Positions 38,903-48,090 of a DNA stretch of 64,000 nt are shown here, piece by piece. The notes below the pieces were generated by a model. The model was not told the DNA's origin. It searched no databases and saw only the letters and a program-made list of their open reading frames with translations. Made by a program: the position numbers and the translations under genes. Source of the stretch: Rhodospirillales bacterium. GTDB lineage: Bacteria; Pseudomonadota; Alphaproteobacteria; Acetobacterales; Acetobacteraceae. The stretch covers positions 6,001-70,000 of the forward strand of contig JANXTF010000024.1 in the NCBI GenBank assembly GCA_025352565.1. The letters are read 5' to 3'. The stretch's first letter is position 1. Every line of letters begins with the position of its first letter.

Positions 38903-40570
38903 ATGCACGGCACGCTCGAAACCCTGATTCGCGGCCTCGCCCATCAATGCTCCGGCCGCCTGGCCGAGGCGGCGCTGCTCTATCGCAGCGTCCCGCGGGA
39001 CGATCCGCATTATCCGCTGGCCCTCACCTATCGCGGCCTGGCGGCATTGGCAGGCGGCGAGGCTCCCCAGGCCGCGATCTGGCTCGAACGGGCCGCAGCG
39101 CTGCGTCCGGACCATGTGGCAACCATGGTGGCGCTCGCCCGCGCGCTTCTCGCAAGCGGCCGGATGGCCGACGCGCGGGATGCGGCCGACCGGACCGTGG
39201 CGTGCGATCCGGGATGCGCGGAAGGCTGGTTCCTCGCTGGTACCGCGTCATCCGCGACCGGCGATCCGGAACGCGGCATCGCCTGTTTGCGCCATGCCAT
39301 CCGGCTCGCCCCTGGCCATGCGAGCGCCCATCTCAACCTCGGCAACGCGCTGGCGGACCTCGATCGGTTCGATGAAGCCGAGGCGTGCATGGGCCGGGCC
39401 GCGCAACTCGATCCGCGCCTGGCCGAGGCTCATGCGAGCCTGGGCTGGCTGTTCGCCGGGCAGGGTCGGCTGGAGGAGGCGAAGCAGGCCTGCCACGCCG
39501 CCATCGCGCTGCGTCCCGACTTCGCGCAGGCGCATTGGAACCTGAGCTTCGCCCATCTGCTCGGCGGCGAGTTCGAGGCCGGCTGGCGCGAATACGAATG
39601 GCGGCGCCAACAATTCCCGCGGGATTTCGTGGCGTTGCCCGGCCCGCAATGGCAGGGCGAGGCCCTCGCCGGACGCACCATTCTCGTGCAGGCCGAGCAG
39701 GGGCTCGGCGACACGATCCAACTGTCCCGCTTCCTGCCATTGCTGGCCGGGCGGGGCGCCACGGTGGTACTCGCCTGCGCGGCGCCGCTGGTTCCGCTGC
39801 TGGCGTCGGCCCCCGGTGTCACGCGCGCCGTGGCACGCGGAGCCTCGCCGGGGGAATACGATGTGTGGATCGACCAGATGAGCCTGCCGCGGCTGCTTGG
39901 CACGCGGGTGGAGACGATCCCCGGCTCGCTCGGCACCCTTCGCGCCGACCCCGGCCTGGCAGCGGCCTGGGACCGCCTTCTGCCGACGGGCATCCGCGTG
40001 GGGCTGGCGTGGTCGGGCAATCCGCTGCACCGCAACGATCGCAGGCGCTCCCTGCCGACGCAGGCGCTGGCGCCATTGATCGGCGTGCCGGGCCTGCGCT
40101 TCGTCAGCCTGCAGGTCGGCCCCCGCGCCGCCGAAATCACGGAGCAATTCGGCATTGCCGACCGATCCGCCGACCTCACCGACTTCGCCGCGACGGCGGC
40201 ACTCGTCGCCAATCTCGATGTCGTCATCGCGGCCGACACCTCGACGGCCCATCTGGCGGGCGCGCTGGGCGTGCCGGTCTGGGTGATGCTGCCCCATGCG
40301 CCGGACTGGCGCTGGATGACCGGGCGGCGCGACACGCCCTGGTATCGCTCCATGCGGCTGTTCCGCCAGGATGTTCCGGGCGACTGGTCCGGGCCGATCG
40401 CGGCGATCGCGAGCGCGCTGGCCGCGCGTTACAGAAGCCGGCTGAAATACGCGGTGGCGGCATACCCCACCACCGCGCTGACCGCCGTGACCACGACGCC
40501 CCAGGTCCAGTCGGCCAGCGAAACCGCGACCGACCAGCCCCGGATGGTGGAAAGGTTGGTCATGTCATAG
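38903..40570 (+). CDS. TPR-repeat protein with C-terminal glycosyltransferase family-9-like (GT-B) domain
   Basis: There are about 6 TPR units in the N-terminal half. The C-terminal half has ILVQAEQGLGDTIQLSRF...VGLAWSGNP...VIAADTSTAHLAGALGVPVWVML, typical of heptosyltransferase-like folds. The last ~47 codons run antisense through the neighbouring gene. Confidence 0.65.
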   Translation: MHGTLETLIRGLAHQCSGRLAEAALLYRSVPRDDPHYPLALTYRGLAALAGGEAPQAAIWLERAAALRPDHVATMVALARALLASGRMADARDAADRTVACDPGCAEGWFLAGTASSATGDPERGIACLRHAIRLAPGHASAHLNLGNALADLDRFDEAEACMGRAAQLDPRLAEAHASLGWLFAGQGRLEEAKQACHAAIALRPDFAQAHWNLSFAHLLGGEFEAGWREYEWRRQQFPRDFVALPGPQWQGEALAGRTILVQAEQGLGDTIQLSRFLPLLAGRGATVVLACAAPLVPLLASAPGVTRAVARGASPGEYDVWIDQMSLPRLLGTRVETIPGSLGTLRADPGLAAAWDRLLPTGIRVGLAWSGNPLHRNDRRRSLPTQALAPLIGVPGLRFVSLQVGPRAAEITEQFGIADRSADLTDFAATAALVANLDVVIAADTSTAHLAGALGVPVWVMLPHAPDWRWMTGRRDTPWYRSMRLFRQDVPGDWSGPIAAIASALAARYRSRLKYAVAAYPTTALTAVTTTPQVQSASETATDQPRMVERLVMS

Positions 40571-40839
40571 GTTCCGTAGGCCACCAGCCCGAGCAAGGCG
40601 CCGCCCCATGCCGCACGGGTCCAGTCGCCATCGCGCAAGGCGGGCAGCACCGCGAACGCGACGATGCCGACCACGTAGACGGCATAGAACAATCCGGCCA
40701 CGCCCATGATCGGCTTGTCGAGCAGCAGAGCGCCGAGGCGGGGCTTGTAGAGCGTGTTCACCATGGTCCCGAGCCAGACGAAATCCATGCCGAAGAACAC
40801 GATGGCGGTGGCGATGTAGGCGATGATGGCTGTGCGCAT
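40429..40839 (-). CDS. DUF2177-family integral membrane protein
   Basis: 136 aa with about 4 hydrophobic helices. MRTAIIAYIATAIVFFGMDFVWLG matches my memory of DUF2177. Confidence 0.6.
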   Translation of the reverse strand: MRTAIIAYIATAIVFFGMDFVWLGTMVNTLYKPRLGALLLDKPIMGVAGLFYAVYVVGIVAFAVLPALRDGDWTRAAWGGALLGLVAYGTYDMTNLSTIRGWSVAVSLADWTWGVVVTAVSAVVGYAATAYFSRLL

Positions 40840-40881
40840 GTGGAAGGACTTGGCGACTTCGCGCGCGATGCCAAGGTCAGG

Positions 40882-41739
40882 CTAAGCGGCAAACCGCTTG
40901 GCCAGCAGGAATCGGCTGTGCGGCGCCGGGTAATCCGGGATCTCGCCGAACACCCGATAGCCGCGCTTCTCGTAAAACGGCCGCGCCTGGAAGCTGAACG
41001 TGTCGAGCCACACGCCCCGCCCGCCATGCCGACGCACCATCGCCTCCGCCCGCTCCATCAGTTCGGTGCCGATACGGCGCCCGCGCGCCTGCTCGGGCAG
41101 CGCAAGCAGATCGACGCAGAGCCACTGGCGAGACATGCGCCCCCACAAGCCGCCGATCACGGGGCCTTCCGTCACGTCGCGCACCGCGAGCCCGAACAGC
41201 CGCGACTCGGACGGGCCGGCCTGCTGTGCGTTGAAGGCGACCAATTGGTCCAGAATAAGCGCGTGGTCCGCGTCATCCGGTTCCCACACCACATGCACAC
41301 CCGGATCGTCCGGCCCATCCACGATGTCCCGTTTCAGCAGCCACATCCGGTCATGGCCCTGCTGGTAATCGGCAATGGCGCCGATCGGCGTGAAGCCGAG
41401 CCCGCGGTAGAAGCCGGGGGCCTGGAACGTCGCCGTGTCGAGCCACACGCCCCGACAGCCGCGCCGCACGGCCGCGCGTTCCACGGCGCGCATCACACGC
41501 GTGCCGAAGCCCTGGCCGCGCGCCGCCTCCGGCAGATGCAGCAGGTCGACGTGCAGCCAGTCGTAGTAGAGCGCGCACCACGCCCCGCCGAGCGTGGCAC
41601 CGTCCGGCCCGCGAAGCAGGACCGCAACCCGCTCGGCAGGCTCCGGCCGCCCGGTCCGCGAATCGTTGTACACGTCGATCGCCGCCGAGATGGCCGCGCG
41701 GATGGCGGGGGAAGGCGCGTCGATGTGCTCGATATGCAT
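40882..41739 (-). CDS. Tandem double-GNAT N-acetyltransferase
   Basis: Two homologous halves each end in the GNAT A-motif region (EAARGQGFGTRVMRAVERAA... and EQARGRRIGTELMERAEAM...). The start is ambiguous: 41739, 41793 or 41820. Confidence 0.75.
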   Translation of the reverse strand: MHIEHIDAPSPAIRAAISAAIDVYNDSRTGRPEPAERVAVLLRGPDGATLGGAWCALYYDWLHVDLLHLPEAARGQGFGTRVMRAVERAAVRRGCRGVWLDTATFQAPGFYRGLGFTPIGAIADYQQGHDRMWLLKRDIVDGPDDPGVHVVWEPDDADHALILDQLVAFNAQQAGPSESRLFGLAVRDVTEGPVIGGLWGRMSRQWLCVDLLALPEQARGRRIGTELMERAEAMVRRHGGRGVWLDTFSFQARPFYEKRGYRVFGEIPDYPAPHSRFLLAKRFAA

Positions 41740-41821
41740 GGCGCCAGACTGGTCCCGGGCCGCGCCATCGACAAGCCGGGGGGCCGAAGGCATGGTCGCT
41801 CCGCCGAGACAAGGATCCATG

Positions 41822-41881
41822 ATGCCAGACGCCGCGATGCCAGATGCCGCGATGCCAGATGCCGCGATGCCGAACGCCGCC
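41822..41881 (+). repeat. 15-bp tandem repeat x4 (MPDAA MPDAA MPDAA MPNAA) at the 5' end of the hydratase gene
   Basis: atgccagacgccgcg / atgccagatgccgcg / atgccagatgccgcg / atgccgaacgccgcc. Every unit begins with an in-frame ATG. Confidence 0.9.
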
Positions 41882-42610
41882 GCCCTGCTGCTCGAAGCCC
41901 GCCGCGATCCCGCGCGCCGCCTCGCCGCGCTGCCCGCTTCGGTCCGGCCGGCCGATGCGGCGGCGGCCTATGCCATCCAGCATGCGGTGGCACGCGGCTT
42001 CGGCGCCATCGGCGGCTGGAAGGTCGGCGCGCCCGGACCTGACGCACCGCCCAATTGCGGTCCCTTGCCCGCCTCCGGCATCGTCGCGAGCCCGGCCACG
42101 CTGCCGGCGGCGGCGTCGCTCCTGCGCGGCATCGAGGCCGAAGTGTGCTTCCGCATCGGCACCGATCTGCCGCCGCGCGCCACGCCGTACACGCGCGCCG
42201 AGGTGATCGCCGCCATCGCCTCGGCCCATCCCGCCATCGAGGTTCTGGAGTCCCGCTATCTCGACCCCGACTCGGTGGACGCGATGAGCAACCTCGCGGA
42301 CACGCTGTCCCATGGCGGCTTTGTCTATGGTCCCCCGGTCGCCGCCTGGCGCGACATCGACTTCGTGAGCGAGACGGTCGAGCAATACGTCGATGGCGCG
42401 TTGCACATGACGCGCACCGGCAACCCGTGCGGCGACATGATCCGCCTCGTGATCTGGCTCGCTAACGAGGGCGCCGCCTGGGCCGGCGGCCTCGCGGCCG
42501 GCCAGTTCGTCACCTGCGGATCATGGACCGGCAAAAGCATGGTTGGCCCCGCCGCGCGGGTGCGGGTGCGCTTCCCGAGTCTTGGCGAGGCGGCATTCGC
42601 CTACGCCTAG
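41822..42610 (+). CDS. 2-keto-4-pentenoate hydratase / MhpD-HpcG family (FAH fold)
   Basis: AYAIQHAVARGFGAIGGWKVGA motif region. The start lies somewhere in the ATG-bearing repeat (41819-41867); AAGGA lies just upstream. Confidence 0.65.
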   Translation: MPDAAMPDAAMPDAAMPNAAALLLEARRDPARRLAALPASVRPADAAAAYAIQHAVARGFGAIGGWKVGAPGPDAPPNCGPLPASGIVASPATLPAAASLLRGIEAEVCFRIGTDLPPRATPYTRAEVIAAIASAHPAIEVLESRYLDPDSVDAMSNLADTLSHGGFVYGPPVAAWRDIDFVSETVEQYVDGALHMTRTGNPCGDMIRLVIWLANEGAAWAGGLAAGQFVTCGSWTGKSMVGPAARVRVRFPSLGEAAFAYA

Positions 42611-42674
42611 GCTCCCGTCGGCCCAAGGAGCCCCTCGGCGGCCCGCGATGACGGCCGGGCGTGTTCGATGACGG

Positions 42675-43130
42675 TCAGGGATGTTTGTGGATCGGGTCGA
42701 CCCAATGGACCGTCTCGGGCCGCTCCACCCCGTCGATCTCGAGGTTCACCACCACCGCCTCGTTGTCGCTGCGCACCAGCACGCATTCCAGCGTCTCCTC
42801 GGTGGAGGCGTTGATCTCCTGGTGCGGCACGTAAGGCGGGATGAAGATGAAGTCGCCGGGGCCGGCCTCGGCGGTGTATTCCAGCTTCTCGCCCCAGCGC
42901 ATCCGCGCCCGCCCGCGCAGCACGTAGATCACGCTTTCGAGCGCGCCGTGGTGATGCGCGCCGGTCTTGGCATCGGGATGGATATGCACCGTCCCGGCCC
43001 ACAGCTTCTGGGCGCCGACGCGGGCGAAGTTGATCGCCGCCGCCCGGTTCATACCAGGGGTTTGCGGCGTGTTGGTGTCGAGCTGGTCGCCCGGAACCAC
43101 GCGCACGCCATTGTCACGCCAATCGGTCAT
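42675..43130 (-). CDS. Cupin domain protein
   Basis: GAHHHGALESVIYVLRG...GDFIFIPPYVPHQE is a classic two-motif cupin. Confidence 0.75.
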   Translation of the reverse strand: MTDWRDNGVRVVPGDQLDTNTPQTPGMNRAAAINFARVGAQKLWAGTVHIHPDAKTGAHHHGALESVIYVLRGRARMRWGEKLEYTAEAGPGDFIFIPPYVPHQEINASTEETLECVLVRSDNEAVVVNLEIDGVERPETVHWVDPIHKHP

Positions 43131-43140
43131 TTGCCGCTCG

Positions 43141-44235
43141 TCAGTTCATCATCGGGACAGGCATGGTCCAGCCATGCGGATCGGGGGCCGTGCCATACTG
43201 GATGTCGGTGATCGCCTGATACAGCCGTTCGGTGATCGGGCCGGCCTTTCCATCGGCCACAAGGTACCGCTGGCCGCGATAGCCGAACATGCCGACCGGG
43301 GAAACCACGGCGGCGGTGCCAGTGCCCCACATCTCCTCCAGCGTGCCGTCGGCGACGGCGGCGATCAGTTCCTCGATCGAGATCGGCGCCTCGGCCACGT
43401 TCAGCCCCCAGTCGCGCATCAGCGTCAGCGCCGAGTCGCGGGTAATTCCGGCGAGGATGGTGCCACCCAAGGGCGGCGTGCGGATCTGGCCGCCGATCTT
43501 CACCATCAGGTTCATCGTGCCGACTTCCTCAAGCCAGCGCCGCTCGACGCCGTCGAGCCACAGGACCTGCGTGAAGCCCTCCTTCTTGGCATGTTCGGCC
43601 GCCATCAGGCTCGCGGCATAGTTGGCCGGCGTCTTGGCCGCCCCCAGCCCGCCGGGCGAGGCGCGGGTGAATTGCTCGGTCGCCAGCAGGCTCACCGGCT
43701 CGTTGCCCTCGGCGTAATAGGCGCCGACCGGAGAGAGGATGACAAAATACAGGTAGGATTTCGCGGGGCGCACGCTGATGAACGCCTCGCTCGCGATAAT
43801 GGTCGGCCGCAGATAGATCGCCGTGCCGCGGGCCGTCGGCACCCACGCGCGGTCCACGTCCACGAGCCGCAGGAACGACTGCACCACGAGGCCGGTGTCG
43901 AGCGGCGGAATGCAGAGCTGCTCGGCGGAGCGGTTGATCCGGGCCGCATGCGCCTGGGGACGGAACAGCCGCAACTGCCCGTCATCGCCGTGAAACCCCT
44001 TCAGCCCGTCGAAGATCGCCTGGCCATAATGCAGCATCGAGGTCGCGGGCGAGAGGTCCAAGCTGCCATAGGGCACGATTCGCGGATCGTGCCAGCCTTG
44101 GCCCTCGTGGAATTCCATGACGAACATGTGATCGCTGAAGCTGGTGCCGAAGCTGTGCCGCACATCGGTGGGCACCGGCCGGGGCGAGGCGGTGCGCTGG
44201 ATGGCGATGGGGTGGGTCGTGATGAAATCGTTCAT
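43141..44235 (-). CDS. ilvE: Branched-chain amino acid aminotransferase
   Basis: 364 aa. FSDHMF...LHYGQAIFDGLKGF...GGLGAAKTPANYA. The start is at MNDFITT, with an ATGA overlap with the upstream stop. Confidence 0.88.
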   Translation of the reverse strand: MNDFITTHPIAIQRTASPRPVPTDVRHSFGTSFSDHMFVMEFHEGQGWHDPRIVPYGSLDLSPATSMLHYGQAIFDGLKGFHGDDGQLRLFRPQAHAARINRSAEQLCIPPLDTGLVVQSFLRLVDVDRAWVPTARGTAIYLRPTIIASEAFISVRPAKSYLYFVILSPVGAYYAEGNEPVSLLATEQFTRASPGGLGAAKTPANYAASLMAAEHAKKEGFTQVLWLDGVERRWLEEVGTMNLMVKIGGQIRTPPLGGTILAGITRDSALTLMRDWGLNVAEAPISIEELIAAVADGTLEEMWGTGTAAVVSPVGMFGYRGQRYLVADGKAGPITERLYQAITDIQYGTAPDPHGWTMPVPMMN

Positions 44236-45434
44236 GCCGCCGTCTCGCCGAGTTGGGTTTTCACCAGGCTGACCCAATAGGCCGCACCCAGCGGGATGAT
44301 CGCGTCGTTGAAATCGTATTTCGGGGTATGGACGGTGTGGAAGCTGCCATCGGGCGCGGTGCCGTTGCCCAGGAACACGAAGGCGCCCGGCTTCCTCTCC
44401 ATCATGAAGGCGAAATCCTCGCCGCCGGTGATCGGCGCCATGTCGTCCACGATGTCGGAAAGCTTCACGACCGCTTGTGCCGCCTTCACCGCGACGCGCA
44501 CCTGCTCCGCGTCGTTGACGAGGGTGGGCGTGCCCCATTCCACCCGCGACTCGACCTCGCAACCCTGTGCCATTGCCATCGCCTTCGCCAGTTCGATGAT
44601 GCGGCGCTCCAGCACCTGGCGGACGGCCGCGTTGAAGCAGCGCACGGTGCCGCCGACGAAGGCGGTCGCCGGCATCACGTTCAGGCTTTCCATGTCGCCG
44701 CCCGCCACGTGGCCCACGCTGATGACGGCGGTTTCCAGCGGCGGCACGTTGCGGCTGACGATGGTTTGCAGCGCGAGGACGTACTGCGCCTGGGCCACCG
44801 TCACGTCGGCGGCGAGATGGGGGCTGCTGCCGCCATGGCCGCCATTGCCGCGGAACGTGGTCCAGAACCGGCCGGACGCGGCGAGCATGGGGCCGTCGCA
44901 GGTGTAGAAATGGCCCTGCGTCATACCGGGGCCGTTATGCATGCCGTAGATCGACTCGCAGGGGAAGCGTTCGAACAGCCCGTCCTTCAGCATCGCCAGC
45001 GCTCCTCCGCGGCCTTCCTCGGCAGGCTGGAAGATCAGTTGCACGGTGCCGGCGAAATCGGGGTTCTCGGCGAGGTAGCGTGCCGCCCCCAGCAGCATGG
45101 TGGTGTGCCCGTCATGTCCGCAGGCGTGCATCTTGCCAGGATTTTGCGATGCGTAGGGCAGCCCGGTCTGTTCCACGATCGCAAGCGCATCCATGTCGGC
45201 GCGCAGGCCGATCGCTCGGTTGCCAGGGCGCTTGCCACGGATGGTGCCGACCACGCCGGTCTTGCCGACGCCCTCGGTGACCTCGACGCCCCATTCCCGC
45301 AGCTTGGACGCGACCAGGGCCGCTGTACGGGTCTCCTCCAGGCCGAGTTCGGGGTGGGCATGGATGTCCTGGCGGAGCGTGGTGAGTTCGGGATGGTAGA
45401 CGCCGATGGCGTCGAGCACCTGCTGGTCGATCAT
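44232..45434 (-). CDS. M20D-family amidohydrolase (hippurate hydrolase / N-acyl-amino-acid amidohydrolase type)
   Basis: LRQDIHAHPELGLEE...GLRADMDALAI...MHACGHDGH. The start is at MIDQQVL, derived from the track frame. The upstream 131 codons of the track ORF cover the ompA terminator and are not coding. Confidence 0.85.
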   Translation of the reverse strand: MIDQQVLDAIGVYHPELTTLRQDIHAHPELGLEETRTAALVASKLREWGVEVTEGVGKTGVVGTIRGKRPGNRAIGLRADMDALAIVEQTGLPYASQNPGKMHACGHDGHTTMLLGAARYLAENPDFAGTVQLIFQPAEEGRGGALAMLKDGLFERFPCESIYGMHNGPGMTQGHFYTCDGPMLAASGRFWTTFRGNGGHGGSSPHLAADVTVAQAQYVLALQTIVSRNVPPLETAVISVGHVAGGDMESLNVMPATAFVGGTVRCFNAAVRQVLERRIIELAKAMAMAQGCEVESRVEWGTPTLVNDAEQVRVAVKAAQAVVKLSDIVDDMAPITGGEDFAFMMERKPGAFVFLGNGTAPDGSFHTVHTPKYDFNDAIIPLGAAYWVSLVKTQLGETAA

Positions 45435-45489
45435 GCGGGCCTCCTGGGGCTTGGACGGATTTCCCCCATTCCCTGCCCGCATTCGGCAC

Positions 45490-45531
45490 AAAAAGCAAAA
45501 CCCCCGCGCCGGTTGCCCGACGCGGGGGTTT
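45490..45531 (-). terminator. Rho-independent terminator after the OmpA-like gene
   Basis: The minus strand reads aaacccccgcg tcgggcaaccg gcgcgggggttttgcttttt: a GC stem followed by a T-run. Coordinates are +/- 1-2 nt. Confidence 0.8.
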
Positions 45532-45549
45532 GCCAGGACTAAGCCGAGA

Positions 45550-46668
45550 TTACTGGAGAACGATCTCGACACGGCGGTTCTGCGGCTCACGAACGCCCGG
45601 GCCGGTCGGCACGAGCAGATGCGTGTCGCCGAACGCCTGGATGGCGATGGCCGAACGCGGCACGCCGTCACGAACCAGTTCGGCGGCCACGGTCTCGGCG
45701 CGGCGGAGCGACAGACCCTGGTTGTACTGGTGGGTGCCGGAGGTGTCGGCGTTACCCGAGACCTGGATCTTCGTGTAGGCGGTCCGGGTCGAGGCCTGGG
45801 CCGCTTCCGCGACGATCTGGCGCGCACGGGCGGTCAGGTCCGAACGATCCCAGTCGAAGAACACCAGGTAGGTGCGCGACGGGGCGGCCTGAACCGGAGT
45901 GGCCAACACGGGAGCGACAACCGGCAGCGGCGCGGCGTTGAAGGCGTAGCGGACGCCGATCAGGCCAGCGACGTTGAACTGGGTGCCGAGCTGCTCGGTG
46001 CCGCGGGTGCGGCCGAGGCCCGGGTTGACAAAGCCGTCACCGCGGAACGTTTCCTTGCTGGTCTGCACGTTCAGCCGCGCATCGGCGGTGAAGGCGAGGC
46101 CGGGAACCGCCGCGATCGGGAACGAGGCGCCGAGGATGCCCTGCGCGGCGAAGCTGCCATGGCCGCCCTTGTACAGGGCGAGGTTCGGGGTGCTGGCCGC
46201 GTTGATCCCGTAGGCCCGGCCGCTCTCCTGGCTGCTCAGCTCATAGCCCACGCCGACACCGACATACGGGAACATGAAGCCCGCGCCCACGTCGAAGTCG
46301 AACAGGGCGTTGAACATCGGCCCGTAGGTCTGGATGTCGCCACCGCCGATCAGGATGTTGTTGTTCTTGATCTTGTAGTGATTCTTTATGTAGTTGCCTT
46401 CGACCTCGAAGCGCAGGCCGTTGCCCAGCCCGTAGCCGATGGCGAGATTGCCGGTGTAACCGCCGCGGCTGGATGTCTTCAGCTTGCCGGAGGTTACGGG
46501 GCCGCCATTGAAGCCGCCCGTTCCGAAGGTAATGCGGTTGATGTCGGTCTGGGTCAGGTAATCGTACCCGACGCCGGCGCCGACATAAAGCCCGCTGACG
46601 GGCTGGGCCTTCACGGCAACCGGTGCGGCCAAGATCGTGGCCGCCAGCAGCACATTCCGGAGCTTCAT
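45550..46668 (-). CDS. Outer-membrane protein: N-terminal beta-barrel plus C-terminal OmpA-like peptidoglycan-binding domain
   Basis: Signal peptide MKLRNVLLAATILAAPVAVKA, alternating aromatic beta-strand pattern and C-terminal NADTSGTHQYNQGLSLRRAETV...NRRVEIVL. GGAGAG SD precedes ATG 46668. Confidence 0.85.
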   Translation of the reverse strand: MKLRNVLLAATILAAPVAVKAQPVSGLYVGAGVGYDYLTQTDINRITFGTGGFNGGPVTSGKLKTSSRGGYTGNLAIGYGLGNGLRFEVEGNYIKNHYKIKNNNILIGGGDIQTYGPMFNALFDFDVGAGFMFPYVGVGVGYELSSQESGRAYGINAASTPNLALYKGGHGSFAAQGILGASFPIAAVPGLAFTADARLNVQTSKETFRGDGFVNPGLGRTRGTEQLGTQFNVAGLIGVRYAFNAAPLPVVAPVLATPVQAAPSRTYLVFFDWDRSDLTARARQIVAEAAQASTRTAYTKIQVSGNADTSGTHQYNQGLSLRRAETVAAELVRDGVPRSAIAIQAFGDTHLLVPTGPGVREPQNRRVEIVLQ

Positions 46669-47027
46669 AATCCTACTCTCCTCGTTATCTCGTTGGCCGC
46701 GCTGTTGCGGGCCGGCACCGGACGGCTTCTGAACCGATCCATCCGTTTCGAGAATCAAGTTAGCGGCCATTGTTCGCCGAGAGAAGCGATGATTGGCCTG
46801 TTTGGCGCGAGCTTAGCTTTTCCACGGCGAAGTGTTGCTCGCATGCCACATACGTGTGGCTATCACGAGACGGTGAGATTCGGACGCCAAGGGGGCGGAG
46901 CGGCGCAGGAGGCGAATCCACACGGGGCGCTGGGCCGCTGTCCCTCGTGCCACCCCCCGCTTCAACTTTCCGGCACGGACGCGGATCGGCATTGCCCGGC
47001 AATGCCACGGCAGCGCAATATTGGGCG

Positions 47028-47453
47028 ATGCGAAACCTCGCCGCCGCCCTGCTGCTCCTGCTTTCAGCCGCCACCGCGGGCGCGCAAACCGCCGCGCCGT
47101 CGCCAGCCGACCGCACGGCGATACGCGACGTCATCTCCCGCCAGATCCAGGCGTTCCAGCACGACGACGCGGTCGCCGCTTTCAGCCTTGCCTCGCGGTC
47201 GATCCAGCAGCAGATGGGCACGCCCGCCCGCTTCCTCGATCTCGTGCGCCAGCATTACGAGCCGGTCTATCGGCCGCAATCGACGGTCTTCGGCCGCTTG
47301 TTGCTGCAGGACGGCCAGATCGTGCAGCAGGTCGATCTCGTCGGCCCCGATGGCCGGCCCGCCGGGGCGCTCTACAGTATGGAGCAGGAACCGGACGGCG
47401 GTTGGCGGATCAGCGGCTGCGTGCTGACCGCATCCGAATCGGTCGCCGCCTGA
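47028..47453 (+). CDS. DUF4864-like secreted protein
   Basis: Signal peptide MRNLAAALLLLLSAATAGA. The body (DRTAIRDVISRQIQAFQHDD...WRISGCVL) matches my memory of DUF4864. Confidence 0.6.
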   Translation: MRNLAAALLLLLSAATAGAQTAAPSPADRTAIRDVISRQIQAFQHDDAVAAFSLASRSIQQQMGTPARFLDLVRQHYEPVYRPQSTVFGRLLLQDGQIVQQVDLVGPDGRPAGALYSMEQEPDGGWRISGCVLTASESVAA

Positions 47454-47461
47454 GCGGGTGG

Positions 47462-47486
47462 GTCACCCCTCCAGCGGAGGGGTGAC
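47462..47486. terminator. Perfect 11-bp hairpin between convergent genes
   Basis: gtcacccctcc agc ggaggggtgac, located 9 nt after the DUF4864 stop and 8 nt after the nitroreductase stop. There is no clear U-run. Confidence 0.55.
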
Positions 47487-47493
47487 GGCTGGT

Positions 47494-48090
47494 TCAGCCC
47501 GGAAAGCCACCTTCCAGCGCCGACTCGGACAGCGCGTTGCGCCCGCTCGGCGCCTCGCGCGCCTGGATCGCCTCCGGCAGCAGCGATTTGTCGCCCTGCT
47601 TGCCGATCACGATCGCCGCCTCCACCCGGCAGCCTTCGGGCACGTTCAGTTCGGCGAAGGCGCGGTCCATGTCGAAACCGACCATGCCATGCGCCTGGTA
47701 GCCCGATAGCGTCGCCTGCAGGGCCATCTGCGCCCAGGCCGCGCCGGTGTCGAACGAATGGCTGTGCGACGGGATGTCCTTGTCCTGTCCCGGCGGGCGC
47801 ATGGTGGATTTGGAAACCATGACGATGATCGCCGAGCCATTCTTTGCCCAGGACTGGTTGAACGGGTTCAGCAGCCCGAGGAACTTGTCCCAATGCGCGG
47901 TGCCGCGACGGGCGAACAGCATCCGCCACGGCTGCGAGTTGTAGGAGGACGGCGCCCAGCGGCCGGCCTCGAGGATGGTCTTCAGGTCAGCCTCGGGCAT
48001 GTCCCGCGCCACGAAGGCGCGCGGCGACCAGCGATCGAGGAACAGCTTGTCGATCGGATGGTCGCTGGTGCGCGTATTGGAAGTGGTCAA
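47494..48090 (-). CDS. Nitroreductase family protein
   Basis: LDRWSPRAF...ILEAGRWAPSSYNSQPWR is the typical nitroreductase core. Confidence 0.85.
   Translation of the reverse strand: MTTSNTRTSDHPIDKLFLDRWSPRAFVARDMPEADLKTILEAGRWAPSSYNSQPWRMLFARRGTAHWDKFLGLLNPFNQSWAKNGSAIIVMVSKSTMRPPGQDKDIPSHSHSFDTGAAWAQMALQATLSGYQAHGMVGFDMDRAFAELNVPEGCRVEAAIVIGKQGDKSLLPEAIQAREAPSGRNALSESALEGGFPG

Noticed and set aside
39385-42042. 885-aa plus-strand ORF. Similar giants lie at 54737-57043 (-), 45406-47427 (+), 61999-63609 (-), 48617-50143 (-) and 34938-36506 (-).
   Set aside because: Each overlaps, in another frame or antisense, genes with strong family signatures. Their compositions are Arg/Gly/Ala/Pro/His-biased and they have no recognisable domains.
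45435-45827. N-terminal 131-codon extension of the M20 amidohydrolase ORF. Similar extensions affect ilvE (to 44562), ilvI (to 4205), ilvH (to 2309), the OmpA-like gene (to 46770), cutC (from 48108) and the LacI gene (from 60897).
   Set aside because: The extensions are Arg/Pro-rich, cross terminators or neighbouring genes, and homolog-like sequence begins at internal Met codons, several of which have Shine-Dalgarno sequences or 4-nt coupling overlaps.
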